Source: the human T2T-CHM13v2.0 reference genome, Homo sapiens
Reading direction: 5' to 3' (one strand)
Assembly: GCF_009914755.1 (NCBI RefSeq)
Contig: NC_060937.1
Length of the DNA: 64,000 bases
This document shows positions 31,536 to 48,200 of this stretch, piece after piece. Below the pieces are notes generated by a model. That model did no database searches and had not been told where the DNA came from. It saw only the letters and a program-made list of their open reading frames with translations. The stretch's first letter is position 1; each line of letters starts with the position of its first letter. The position numbers and the translations under genes are program-made.

Positions 31536-34500
31536 GCATGTATTATATACTGTACCTAAAATATGAAAGTACATCAAATATATATTTTATTCTGTACATA
31601 AAATATCAAAGTACACCAGATATATATTCTATAGTGTACATAAAATATCAAAGTACCCAAACTATACATTATATACTGTAAATAAAATATGAAATTACAT
31701 CAAATATATTTTATATTAGGTACATAAAATATGAAAGTACATCAAATATATATTTTATTCTGTACATAAAATATCAAAGTACACCAGATATATATTCTAT
31801 AGTGTACATAAAATATCAAAGTACCCAAACTATACATTATATACTGTACATAAAATATGAAATTACATCAAATATATTTTATATTAGGTACATAAAATAT
31901 GAAAGTACATCAAATATAGATTATATACTGTACATTAAATACCAAAGTACCCCAAATATATATTTTATACTGTACATGAAATATCAAAATACACTAACTA
32001 TATATTTTATACTGTACATAAAATATCAAAGTACCCAAGGTATATATTCTATACTGTACAAAAAATAACAAAGTACCAAAAGCATGTATAATATACTGTA
32101 CATAAAATATGAAAGTACATCAAATATATATTTTATTCAGTACATAAAATATCAAAGTACACCAGATATATATTCTATAGTGTACATAAAATATCAAAGT
32201 ACCCAAACTATACATTATATACTGTACATAAAATATGAAATTACATCAAATATATTTTATATTAGGTACATAAAATATGAAAGTACATCAAATATAGATT
32301 ATATACTGTACATTAAATACCAAATTACCCCAAATATATATTTTATACTGTACATGAAATATCAAATTTCACAAACTATATATTATATACTGTACATATA
32401 ATATCAAAGTACCCAAGGTATATATTCTATACTGTACAAAAAATAACAAAGTACCAAAAGCATGTATTATATACTGTACCTAAAATATGAAAGTACATCA
32501 AATATATATTTTATTCTGTACATAAAATATCAAAGTACACCAGATATATATTCTATAGTGTACATAAAATATCAAAGTACCCAAACTATACATTATATAC
32601 TGTACATAAAATATGAAATTACATCAAATATATTTTATATTAGGTACATAAAATATGAAAGTACATCAAATATAGATTATATACTGTACATTAAATACCA
32701 AAGTACCCCAAATATATATTTTATACTGTACATGAAATATCAAATTTCCCAAACTATATATTATATACTGTACATATAATATCAAAGTACCCAAGGTATA
32801 TATTCTATACTGTACAAAAAATAACAAAGTACCAAAAGCATGTATTATATACTGTACCTAAAATATGAAAGTACATCAAATATATATTTTATTCTGTACA
32901 TAAAATATCAAAGTACACCAGATATATATTCTATAGTGTACATAAAATATCAAAGTACCCAAACTATACATTATATACTGTACATAAAATATGAAATTAC
33001 ATCAAATATATTTTATATTAGGTACATAAAATATGAAAGTACATCAAATATAGATTATATACTGTACATTAAATACCAAAGTACCCCAAATATATATTTT
33101 ATACTGTACATGAAATATCAAAATACACTAACTATATATTATATACTGTACATAAAATATCAAAGTACCCAAGGTATATATTCTATACTGTACAAAAAAT
33201 AACAAAGTACCAAAAGCATGTATAATATACTGTACATAAAATATGAAAGTACATCAAATATATATTTTATTCTGTACATAAAATATCAAAGTACACCAGA
33301 TATATATTCTATAGTGTACATAAAATATCAAAGTACCCAAACTATACATTATATAGTGTACATAAAATATGAAATTATATCAAATATATATTATATTAGG
33401 TACATAATATATGAAAGTACATCAAATATAGATTATATACTGTACATAAAATATCAAAGTACCCCAAATATATATTATATACTCTATATGAAATTACATC
33501 AAATATAGATTATATACTGTACATAAAATATCAAAGTACCCCAAATATATATTATATACTCTACATGAAATATCAAAGTTCACAAACTATATATTATATA
33601 CTGTACAAAAATATCAAAGTACCCAAGGTATATATTCTATACTGTACAAAAAATATCAAAGTACACAAAGCATGTATTATATACTGTACATAAAATATGA
33701 AAGTACATCAAATATATATTTTATTCTGTACGTAAAACATCAAAGTACACCAGATATATATTCTATAGTGTACATAAAATATAAAAGTACCCAAACTATA
33801 CATTATATACTGTACATAAAATATGAAATTATATCAAATATATATTTTATTAGGTACATAAAATATGAAAGTACATCAAATATAGATTATATACTGTACA
33901 TTAAATACCAAAGTACCCCAAATATATAATTTATACTGTACATGAAATATCAAAATACACAAACTATATATTATATACTGTACATAAAATATCAAAGTAC
34001 CCAAGGTATATATTCTATACTGTACAAAAAATAACAAAGTACCAAAAGCATGTATAATATACTGTACATAAAATATGAAAGTACATCAAATATATATTTT
34101 ATTCTGTACATAAAATATCAAAGTACACCAGATATATATTCTATAGTGTACATAAAATATCAAAGTACCCAAACTATACATTATATACTGTACATAAAAT
34201 ATGAAATTACATCAAATATATTTTATATTAGGTACATAAAATATGAAAGTACATCAAATATAGATTATATACTGTACATTAAATACCAAAGTACCCCAAA
34301 TATATATTTTATACTGTACATGAAATATCAAAATACACAAACTATATATTATATACTGTACATAAAATATCAAAGTACCCAAGGTATATATTCTATACTG
34401 TACAAAAAATAACAAAGTACCAAAAGCATGTATAATATACTGTACCTAAAATATGAAAGTACATCAAATATATATTTTATTCTGTACATAAAATATCAAA

Positions 34501-37500
34501 GTACACCAGATATATATTCTATAGTGTACATAAAATATCAAAGTACCCAAACTATACATTATATACTGTACATAAAATATGAAATTACATCAAATATATT
34601 TTATATTAGGTACATAAAATATGAAAGTACATCAAATATAGATTATATACTGTACATTAAATACCAAAGTACCCCAAATATATATTTTATACTGTACATG
34701 AAATATCAAAATACACAAACTATATATTATATACTGTACATAAAATATCAAAGTACTCAAGGTATATATTCTATACTGTACAAAAAATAACAAAGTACCA
34801 AAAGCATGTATAATATACTGTACATAAAATATGAAAGTACATCAAATATATATTTTATTCTGTACATAAAATATCAAAGTACACCAGATATATATTCTAT
34901 AGTGTACATAAAATATCAAAGTACCCAAACTATACATTATATACTGTACATAAAATATGAAATTACATCAAATATATTTTATATTAGGTACATAAAATAT
35001 GAAAGTACATCAAATATAGATTATATACTGTACATTAAATGCCAAAGTACCCCAAATATATATTTTATACTGTACATGAAATATCAAAATACACTAACTA
35101 TATGTTATATACTGTACATAAATATCAAAGTTCCCAAGGTATATATTCTATACTGTACAAAAAATAACAAAGTACCAAAAGCATGTATAATATACTGTAC
35201 ATAAAATATGAAAGTACATCAAATATATATTTTATTCTGTACATAAAATATCAAAGTACACCAGATATATATTCTATAGTGTACATAAAATATCAAAATA
35301 CCCAAACTATACATTATATACTGTAAATAAAATATGAAATTACATCAAATATATTTTATATTAGGTACATAAAATATGAAAGTACATCAAATATAGATTA
35401 TATACTGTACATTAAATACCAAATTACCCCAAATATATATTTTATACTGTACATGAAATATCAAATTTCCCAAACTATATATTATATACTGTACATATAA
35501 TATCAAAGTACCCAAGGTATATATTCTATACTGTACAAAAAATAACAAAGTACCAAAAGCATGTATTATATACTGTACCTAAAATATGAAAGTACATCAA
35601 ATATATATTTTATTCTGTACATAAAATATCAAAGTACACCAGATATATATTCTATAGTGTACATAAAATATCAAAGTACCCAAACTATACATTATATACT
35701 GTAAATAAAATATGAAATTACATCAAATATATTTTATATTAGGTACATAAAATATGAAAGTACATCAAATATATATTTTATTCTGTACATAAAATATCAA
35801 AGTACACCAGATATATATTCTATAGTGTACATAAAATATCAAAGTACCCAAACTATACATTATATACTGTACATAAAATATGAAATTACATCAAATATAT
35901 TTTATATTAGGTACATAAAATATGAAAGTACATCAAATATAGATTATATACTGTACATTAAATACCAAAGTACCCCAAATATATATTTTATACTGTACAT
36001 GAAATATCAAAATACACTAACTATATATTTTATACTGTACATAAAATATCAAAGTACCCAAGGTATATATTCTATACTGTACAAAAAATAACAAAGTACC
36101 AAAAGCATGTATAATATACTGTACATAAAATATGAAAGTACATCAAATATATATTTTATTCAGTACATAAAATATCAAAGTACACCAGATATATATTCTA
36201 TAGTGTACATAAAATATCAAAGTACCCAAACTATACATTATATACTGTACATAAAATATGAAATTACATCAAATATATTTTATATTAGGTACATAAAATA
36301 TGAAAGTACATCAAATATAGATTATATACTGTACATTAAATACCAAATTACCCCAAATATATATTTTATACTGTACATGAAATATCAAATTTCACAAACT
36401 ATATATTATATACTGTACATATAATATCAAAGTACCCAAGGTATATATTCTATACTGTACAAAAAATAACAAAGTACCAAAAGCATGTATTATATACTGT
36501 ACCTAAAATATGAAAGTACATCAAATATATATTTTATTCTGTACATAAAATATCAAAGTACACCAGATATATATTCTATAGTGTACATAAAATATCAAAG
36601 TACCCAAACTATACATTATATACTGTACATAAAATATGAAATTACATCAAATATATTTTATATTAGGTACATAAAATATGAAAGTACATCAAATATAGAT
36701 TATATACTGTACATTAAATACCAAAGTACCCCAAATATATATTTTATACTGTACATGAAATATCAAATTTCCCAAACTATATATTATATACTGTACATAT
36801 AATATCAAAGTACCCAAGGTATATATTCTATACTGTACAAAAAATAACAAAGTACCAAAAGCATGTATTATATACTGTACCTAAAATATGAAAGTACATC
36901 AAATATATATTTTATTCTGTACATAAAATATCAAAGTACACCAGATATATATTCTATAGTGTACATAAAATATCAAAGTACCCAAACTATACATTATATA
37001 CTGTACATAAAATATGAAATTACATCAAATATATTTTATATTAGGTACATAAAATATGAAAGTACATCAAATATAGATTATATACTGTACATTAAATACC
37101 AAAGTACCCCAAATATATATTTTATACTGTACATGAAATATCAAAATACACTAACTATATATTATATACTGTACATAAAATATCAAAGTACCCAAGGTAT
37201 ATATTCTATACTGTACAAAAAATAACAAAGTACCAAAAGCATGTATAATATACTGTACATAAAATATGAAAGTACATCAAATATATATTTTATTCTGTAC
37301 ATAAAATATCAAAGTACACCAGATATATATTCTATAGTGTACATAAAATATCAAAGTACCCAAACTATACATTATATAGTGTACATAAAATATGAAATTA
37401 TATCAAATATATATTATATTAGGTACATAATATATGAAAGTACATCAAATATAGATTATATACTGTACATAAAATATCAAAGTACCCCAAATATATATTA

Positions 37501-39581
37501 TATACTCTATATGAAATTACATCAAATATAGATTATATACTGTACATAAAATATCAAAGTACCCCAAATATATATTATATACTCTACATGAAATATCAAA
37601 GTTCACAAACTATATATTATATACTGTACAAAAATATCAAAGTACCCAAGGTATATATTCTATACTGTACAAAAAATATCAAAGTACACAAAGCATGTAT
37701 TATATACTGTACATAAAATATGAAAGTACATCAAATATATATTTTATTCTGTACGTAAAACATCAAAGTACACCAGATATATATTCTATAGTGTACATAA
37801 AATATAAAAGTACCCAAACTATACATTATATACTGTACATAAAATATGAAATTATATCAAATATATATTTTATTAGGTACATAAAATATGAAAGTACATC
37901 AAATATAGATTATATACTGTACATTAAATACCAAAGTACCCCAAATATATAATTTATACTGTACATGAAATATCAAAATACACAAACTATATATTATATA
38001 CTGTACATAAAATATCAAAGTACCCAAGGTATATATTCTATACTGTACAAAAAATAACAAAGTACCAAAAGCATGTATAATATACTGTACATAAAATATG
38101 AAAGTACATCAAATATATATTTTATTCTGTACATAAAATATCAAAGTACACCAGATATATATTCTATAGTGTACATAAAATATCAAAGTACCCAAACTAT
38201 ACATTATATACTGTACATAAAATATGAAATTACATCAAATATATTTTATATTAGGTACATAAAATATGAAAGTACATCAAATATAGATTATATACTGTAC
38301 ATTAAATACCAAAGTACCCCAAATATATATTTTATACTGTACATGAAATATCAAAATACACAAACTATATATTATATACTGTACATAAAATATCAAAGTA
38401 CCCAAGGTATATATTCTATACTGTACAAAAAATAACAAAGTACCAAAAGCATGTATAATATACTGTACCTAAAATATGAAAGTACATCAAATATATATTT
38501 TATTCTGTACATAAAATATCAAAGTACACCAGATATATATTCTATAGTGTACATAAAATATCAAAGTACCCAAACTATACATTATATACTGTACATAAAA
38601 TATGAAATTACATCAAATATATTTTATATTAGGTACATAAAATATGAAAGTACATCAAATATAGATTATATACTGTACATTAAATACCAAAGTACCCCAA
38701 ATATATATTTTATACTGTACATGAAATATCAAAATACACAAACTATATATTATATACTGTACATAAAATATCAAAGTACTCAAGGTATATATTCTATACT
38801 GTACAAAAAATAACAAAGTACCAAAAGCATGTATAATATACTGTACATAAAATATGAAAGTACATCAAATATATATTTTATTCTGTACATAAAATATCAA
38901 AGTACACCAGATATATATTCTATAGTGTACATAAAATATCAAAGTACCCAAACTATACATTATATACTGTACATAAAATATGAAATTACATCAAATATAT
39001 TTTATATTAGGTACATAAAATATGAAAGTACATCAAATATAGATTATATACTGTACATTAAATACCAAAGTACCCCAAATATATATTTTATACTGTACAT
39101 GAAATATCAAAATACACTAACTATATGTTATATACTGTACATAAATATCAAAGTTCCCAAGGTATATATTCTATACTGTACAAAAAATAACAAAGTACCA
39201 AAAGCATGTATAATATACTGTACATAAAATATGAAAGTACATCAAATATATATTTTATTCTGTACATAAAATATCAAAGTACACCAGATATATATTCTAT
39301 AGTGTACATAAAATATCAAAATACCCAAACTATACATTATATACTGTAAATAAAATATGAAATTACATCAAATATATTTTATATTAGGTACATAAAATAT
39401 GAAAGTACATCAAATATAGATTATATACTGTACATTAAATACCAAATTACCCCAAATATATATTTTATACTGTACATGAAATATCAAATTTCCCAAACTA
39501 TATATTATATACTGTACATATAATATCAAAGTACCCAAGGTATATATTCTATACTGTACAAAAAATAACAAAGTACCAAAA
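31536..39581 (+). repeat. Near-identical tandem duplication of a 4023-bp block (31536-35558 and 35559-39581)
   Basis: ORFs pair at exactly +4023 (31802/35825, 32084/36107, 33218/37241, 33672/37695, 34806/38829). 4023 = 546 + 454 + 8 x 378 - 1. Confidence 0.92.
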
Positions 39582-41263
39582 GCATGTATTATATACTGTA
39601 CCTAAAATATGAAAGTATATCAAATATATATTTTATTCTGTACATAAAATATCAAAGTACACCAGATATATATTCTATAGTGTACATAAAATATCAAAGT
39701 ACCCAAACTATACATTATATACTGTACATAAAATATGAAATTACATCAAATATATTTTATATTAGGTACATAAAATATGAAAGTACATCAAATATAGATT
39801 ATATACTGTACATTAAATACCAAAGTACCCCAAATATATATTTTATACTGTACATGAAATATCAAATTTCACAAACTATATATTATATACTGTACATATA
39901 ATATCAAAGTACCCAAGGTATATATTCTATACTGTACAAAAAATAACAAAGTACCAAAAGCATGTATTATATACTGTACATAAAATATGAAAGTACATCA
40001 AATATATATTTTATTCTGTACATAAAATATCAAAGTACACCAGATATATATTCTATAGTGTACATAAAATATCAAAGTACCCAAACTATACATTATATAC
40101 TGTAAATAAAATATGAAATTACATCAAATGTATTTTATATTAGGTACATAAAATATGAAAGTACATCAAATATATATTTTATTCTGTACATAAAATATCA
40201 AAGTACACCAGATATATATTCTATAGTGTACATAAAATATCAAAGTACCCAAACTATAAATTATATACTGTACATAAAATATGAAATTACATCAAATATA
40301 TTTTATATTAGGTACATAAAATATGAAAGTACATCAAATATAGATTATATATGCTGTACATTAAATACCAAAGTACCCCAAATATATATTTTATACTGTA
40401 CAAGAAATATGAAAATACACAAACTATATATTATATACTGTACATAAAATATCAAAGTACCCAAGGTATATATTCTATACTGTACAAAAAATAACAAAGT
40501 ACCAAAAGCATGTATAATATACTGTACATAAAATATGAAAGTACATCAAATATATATTTTATTCTGTACATAAAATATCAAAGTACACCAGATATATATT
40601 CTATAGTGTACATAAAATATCAAAGTACCCAAACTATACATTATATACTGTACATAAAATATGAAATTACATCAAATATATTTTATATTAGGTACATAAA
40701 ATATGAAAGTACATCAAATATAGATTATATACTGTACATTAAATACCAAAGTACCCCAAATATATATTTTATACTGTACATGAAATATCAAAATACACTA
40801 ACTATATATTATATACTGTACATAAAATATCAAAGTACCCAAGGTATATATTCTATACTGTACAAAAAATAACAAAGTACCAAAAGCATGTATAATATAC
40901 TGTACATAAAATATGAAAGTACATCAAATATATATTTTATTCTGTACATAAAATATCAAAGTACACCAGATATATATTCTATAGTGTACATAAAATATCA
41001 AAGTACCCAAACTATACATTATATACTGTACATAAAATATGAAATTACATCAAATATGTTTTATATTAGGTACCTAAAATATGAAAGTACATCAAATATA
41101 GATTATATACTGTACATTAAATACCAAAGTACCCCAAATATATATTTTATACTGTACATGAAATATCAAATTTCCCAAACTATATATTATATACTGTACA
41201 TATAATATCAAAGTACCCAAGGTATATATTCTATACTGTACAAAAAATAACAAAGTACCAAAA

Positions 41264-44200
41264 GCATGTATTATATACTGTACCTAAAATATGAAAGTAC
41301 ATCAAATATATATTTTATTCTGTACATAAAATATCAAAGTACACCAGATATATATTCTATAGTGTACATAAAATATCAAAGTACCCAAACTATACATTAT
41401 ATACTGTAAATAAAATATGAAATTACATCAAATATATTTTATATTAGGTACATAAAATATGAAAGTACATCAAATATATATTTTATTCTGTACATAAAAT
41501 ATCAAAGTACACCAGATATATATTCTATAGTGTACATAAAATATCAAAGTACCCAAACTATACATTATATACTGTACATAAAATATGAAATTACATCAAA
41601 TATATTTTATATTAGGTACATAAAATATGAAAGTACATCAAATATAGATTATATACTGTACATTAAATACCAAAGTACCCCAAATATATATTTTATACTG
41701 TACATGAAATATCAAAATACACAAACTATATATTATATACTGTACATAAAATATCAAAGTACCCAAGGTATATATTCTATACTGTACAAAAAATAACAAA
41801 GTACCAAAAGCATGTATAATATACTGTACATAAAATATGAAAGTACATCAAATATATATTTTATTCAGTACATAAAATATCAAAGTACACCAGATATATA
41901 TTCTATAGTGTACATAAAATATCAAAGTACCCAAACTATACATTATATACTGTAAATAAAATATGAAATTACATCAAATATATTTTATATTAGGTACATA
42001 AAATATGAAAGTACATCAAATATAGATTATATACTGTACATTAAATACCAAATTACCCCAAATATATATTTTATACTGTACATGAAATATCAAATTTCAC
42101 AAACTATATATTATATACTGTACATATAATATCAAAGTACCCAAGGTATATATTCTATACTGTACAAAAAATAACAAAGTACCAAAAGCATGTATTATAT
42201 ACTGTACCTAAAATATGAAAGTACATCAAATATATATTTTATTCTGTACATAAAATATCAAAGTACACCAGATATATATTCTATAGTGTACATAAAATAT
42301 CAAAGTACCCAAACTATACATTATATACTGTGCATAAAATATGAAATTACATCAAATATATTTTATATTAGGTACATAAAATATGAAAGTACATCAAATA
42401 TAGATTATATACTGTACATTAAATACCAAAGTACCCCAAATATATATTTTATACTGTACATGAAATATCAAATTTCCCAAACTATATATTATATACTGTA
42501 CATATAATATCAAAGTACCCAAGGTATATATTCTATACTGTACAAAAAATAACAAAGTACCAAAAGCATGTATTATATACTGTACCTAAAATATGAAAGT
42601 ACATCAAATATATATTTTATTCTGTACATAAAATATCAAAGTACACCAGATATATATTCTATAGTGTACATAAAATATCAAAGTACCCAAACTATACATT
42701 ATATACTGTACATAAAATATGAAATTACATCAAATATATTTTATATTAGGTACATAAAATATGAAAGTACATCAAATATAGATTATATACTGTACATTAA
42801 ATACCAAAGTACCCCAAATATATATTTTATACTGTACATGAAATATAAAAATACACTAACTATATATTATATACTGTACATAAAATATCAAAGTACCCAA
42901 GGTATATATTCTATACTGTACAAAAAATAACAAAGTACCAAAAGCATGTATAATATACTGTACATAAAATATGAAAGTACATCAAATATATATTTTATTC
43001 TGTACATAAAATATCAAAGTACACCAGATATATATTCTATAGTGTACATAAAATATCAAAGTACCCAAACTATACATTATATAGTGTACATAAAATATGA
43101 AATTATATCAAATATATATTATATTAGGTACATAATATATGAAAGTACATCAAATATAGATTATATACTGTACATAAAATATCAAAGTACCCCAAATATA
43201 TATTATATACTCTATATGAAATTACATCAAATATAGATTATATACTGTACATAAAATATCAAAGTACCCCAAATATATATTATATACTCTACATGAAATA
43301 TCAAAGTTCACAAACTATATATTATATACTGTACAAAAATATCAAAGTACCCAAGGTATATATTCTATACTGTACAAAAAATATCAAAGTACACAAAGCA
43401 TGTATTATATACTGTACATAAAATATGAAAGTACATCAAATATATATTTTATTCTGTACGTAAAACATCAAAGTACACCAGATATATATTCTATAGTGTA
43501 CATAAAATATAAAAGTACCCAAACTATACATTATATACTGTACATAAAATATGAAATTATATCAAATATATATTTTATTAGGTACATAAAATATGAAAGT
43601 ACATCAAATATAGATTATATACTGTACATTAAATACCAAAGTACCCCAAATATATAATTTATACTGTACATGAAATATCAAAATACACAAACTATATATT
43701 ATATACTGTACATAAAATATCAAAGTACCCAAGGTATATATTCTATACTGTACAAAAAATAACAAAGTACCAAAAGCATGTATAATATACTGTACATAAA
43801 ATATGAAAGTACATCAAATATATATTTTATTCTGTACATAAAATATCAAAGTACACCAGATATATATTCTATAGTGTACATAAAATATCAAAGTACCCAA
43901 ACTATACATTATATACTGTACATAAAATATGAAATTACATCAAATATATTTTATATTAGGTACATAAAATATGAAAGTACATCAAATATAGATTATATAC
44001 TGTACATTAAATACCAAAGTACCCCAAATATATATTTTATACTGTACATGAAATATCAAAATACACAAACTATATATTATATACTGTACATAAAATATCA
44101 AAGTACCCAAGGTATATATTCTATACTGTACAAAAAATAACAAAGTACCAAAAGCATGTATAATATACTGTACCTAAAATATGAAAGTACATCAAATATA

Positions 44201-45286
44201 TATTTTATTCTGTACATAAAATATCAAAGTACACCAGATATATATTCTATAGTGTACATAAAATATCAAAGTACCCAAACTATACATTATATACTGTACA
44301 TAAAATATGAAATTACATCAAATATATTTTATATTAGGTACATAAAATATGAAAGTACATCAAATATAGATTATATACTGTACATTAAATACCAAAGTAC
44401 CCCAAATATATATTTTATACTGTACATGAAATATCAAAATACACAAACTATATATTATATACTGTACATAAAATATCAAAGTACTCAAGGTATATATTCT
44501 ATACTGTACAAAAAATAACAAAGTACCAAAAGCATGTATAATATACTGTACATAAAATATGAAAGTACATCAAATATATATTTTATTCTGTACATAAAAT
44601 ATCAAAGTACACCAGATATATATTCTATAGTGTACATAAAATATCAAAGTACCCAAACTATACATTATATACTGTACATAAAATATGAAATTACATCAAA
44701 TATATTTTATATTAGGTACATAAAATATGAAAGTACATCAAATATAGATTATATACTGTACATTAAATACCAAAGTACCCCAAATATATATTTTATACTG
44801 TACATGAAATATCAAAATACACTAACTATATGTTATATACTGTACATAAATATCAAAGTACCCAAGGTATATATTCTATACTGTACAAAAAATAACAAAG
44901 TACCAAAAGCATGTATAATATACTGTACATAAAATATGAAAGTACATCAAATATATATTTTATTCTGTACATAAAATATCAAAGTACACCAGATATATAT
45001 TCTATAGTGTACATAAAATATCAAAATACCCAAACTATACATTATATACTGTAAATAAAATATGAAATTATATCAAATATATTTTATATTAGGTACATAA
45101 AATATGAAAGTACATCAAATATAGATTATATACTGTACATTAAATACCAAATTACCCCAAATATATATTTTATACTGTACATGAAATATCAAATTTCACA
45201 AACTACATATTATATACTGTACATATAATATCAAAGTACCCAAGGTATATATTCTATACTGTACAAAAAATAACAAAGTACCAAAA
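41264..45286 (+). repeat. Third, slightly more diverged copy of the 4023-bp block
   Basis: ORFs pair at +5705 with copy 2 (35825/41530, 37241/42946, 38829/44534). It has the same 454-bp unit and the 'agtactcaagg' and 'ctatatgttat..cataaatatc' markers. Unit starts 41264 and 45287 are 4023 apart. Confidence 0.88.
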
Positions 45287-48200
45287 GCATGTATTATATA
45301 CTGTACCTAAAATATGAAAGTACATCAAATATATATTTTATTCTGTAAATAAAATATCAAAGTACACCAGATATATATTCTATAGTGTACATAAAATATC
45401 AAAGTACCCAAACTATACATTATATACTGTACATAAAATATGAAATTACATCAAATATATTTTATATTAGGTACATAAAATATGAAAGTACATCAAATAT
45501 AGATTATATACTGTACATTAAATACCAAAGTACCCCAAATATATATTTTATACTGTACATGAAATATCAAATTTCCCAAACTATATATTATATACTGTAC
45601 ATATAATATCAAAGTACCCAAGGTATATATTCTATACTGTACAAAAAATAACAAAGTACCAAAAGCATGTATTATATACTGTACCTAAAATATGAAAGTA
45701 CATCAAATATATATTTTATTCTGTACATAAAATATCAAAGTACACCAGATATATATTCTATAGTGTACATAAAATATCAAAGTACCCAAACTATACATTA
45801 TATACTGTACATAAAATATGAAATTACATCAAATATATTTTATATTAGGTACATAAAATATGAAAGTACATCAAATATAGATTATATACTGTACATTAAA
45901 TACCAAAGTACCCCAAATATATATTTTATACTGTACATGAAATATCAAAATACACTAACTATATATTATATACTGTACATAAAATATCAAAGTACCCAAG
46001 GTATATATTCTATACTGTACAAAAAATAACAAAGTACCAAAAGCATGTATTATATACTGTACCTAAAATATGAAAGTACATCAAATATATATTTTATTCT
46101 GTACATAAAATATCAAAGTACACCAGATATATATTCTATAGTGTACATAAAATATCAAAGTACCCAAACTATACATTATATACTGTACATAAAATATGAA
46201 ATTACATCAAATATATTTTATATTAGGTACATAAAATATGAAAGTACATCAAATATAGATTATATACTGTACATTAAATACCAAAGTACCCCAAATATAT
46301 ATTTTATACTGTACATGAAATATCAAATTTCCCAAACTATATATTATATACTGTACATATAATATCAAAGTACCCAAGGTATATATTCTATACTGTACAA
46401 AAAATAACAAAGTACCAAAAGCATGTATTATATACTGTACCTAAAATATGAAAGTACATCAAATATATATTTTATTCTGTACATAAAATATCAAAGTACA
46501 CCAGATATATATTCTATAGTGTACATAAAATATCAAAGTACCCAAACTATACATTATATACTGTACATAAAATATGAAATTACATCAAATATATTTTATA
46601 TTAGGTACATAAAATATGAAAGTACATCAAATATAGATTATATACTGTACATTAAATACCAAAGTACCCCAAATATATATTTTATACTGTACATGAAATA
46701 TCAAAATACACTAACTATATATTATATACTGTACATAAAATATCAAAGTACCCAAGGTATATATTCTATACTGTACAAAAAATAACAAAGTACCAAAAGC
46801 ATGTATAATATACTGTACATAAAATATGAAAGTACATCAAATATATATTTTATTCTGTACATAAAACATCAAAGTACACCAGATATATATTCTATAGTGT
46901 ACATAAAATATCAAAGTACCCAAACTATACATTATATAGTGTACATAAAATATGAAATTATATCAAATATATATTATATTAGGTACATAATATATGAAAG
47001 TACATCAAATATAGATTATATACTGTACATAAAATATCAAAGTACCCCAAATATATATTATATACTCTATATGAAATTACATCAAATATAGATTATATAC
47101 TGTACATAAAATATCAAAGTACCCCAAATATATATTATATACTCTACATGAAATATCAAAGTTCACAAACTATATATTATATACTGTACAAAAATATCAA
47201 AGTACCCAAGGTATATATTCTATACTGTACAAAAAATAACAAAGTACCAAAAGCATGTATTATACACTGTATCTAAAATATGAGGAGTACATCAAATACA
47301 TATTTTATTCTGTACATAAAATAACAAAGTACACCAGATATATATTCTATAGTGTACATAAAATATCAAAGTACCCAAACTATACATTATATACTGTACA
47401 TAAAATATGAAATTACATCAAATATATATTATATTAGGTACATAAAATATGAAAGTACATGAAATATAGATTATATACTGTACATAAAATATCAAGGTAC
47501 CCCAAATATATATTATATACTCTACATGAAATATCAAAGTTCTCAAACTATATATTATATACTGTACATAAAATATCAAAGTACCCAAGGTATATATTCT
47601 ATACTGTACAAAAAATAACAAAGTACCAAAAGCATGTATAATATACTGTACCTAAAATATGAAAGTACATCAAATATATATTTTATTCTGTACATAAAAT
47701 ATCAAAGTACACCAGATATATATTCTATAGTGTACATAAAATATCAAAGTGCCCAAACTATACATTATATACTGTAAATAAAATATGAAATTACATCAAA
47801 TATATTTTATATTAGGTACATAAAATATGAAAGTACATCAAATATAGATTATATACTGTACATTAAATACCAAATTACCCCAAATATATATTTTATACTG
47901 TACATGAAATATCAAATTTCCCAAACTATATATTATATACTGTACATATAATATCAAAGTACCCAAGGTATATATTCTATACTGTACAAAAAATAACAAA
48001 GTACCAAAAGCATGTATTATATACTGTACCTAAAATATGAAAGTACATCAAATATATATTTTATTCTGTACATAAAATATCAAAGTACACCAGATATATA
48101 TTCTATAGTGTACATAAAATATCAAAGTACACAAACTATACATTACACACTGTACATAAAATATGAAATTACATCAAATATATATTATATTAGGTACATA

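Noticed and set aside
47281-47290. GAGGAG as a Shine-Dalgarno sequence
   Set aside because: It is a mutated satellite position in apparently eukaryotic heterochromatin, with no associated gene.
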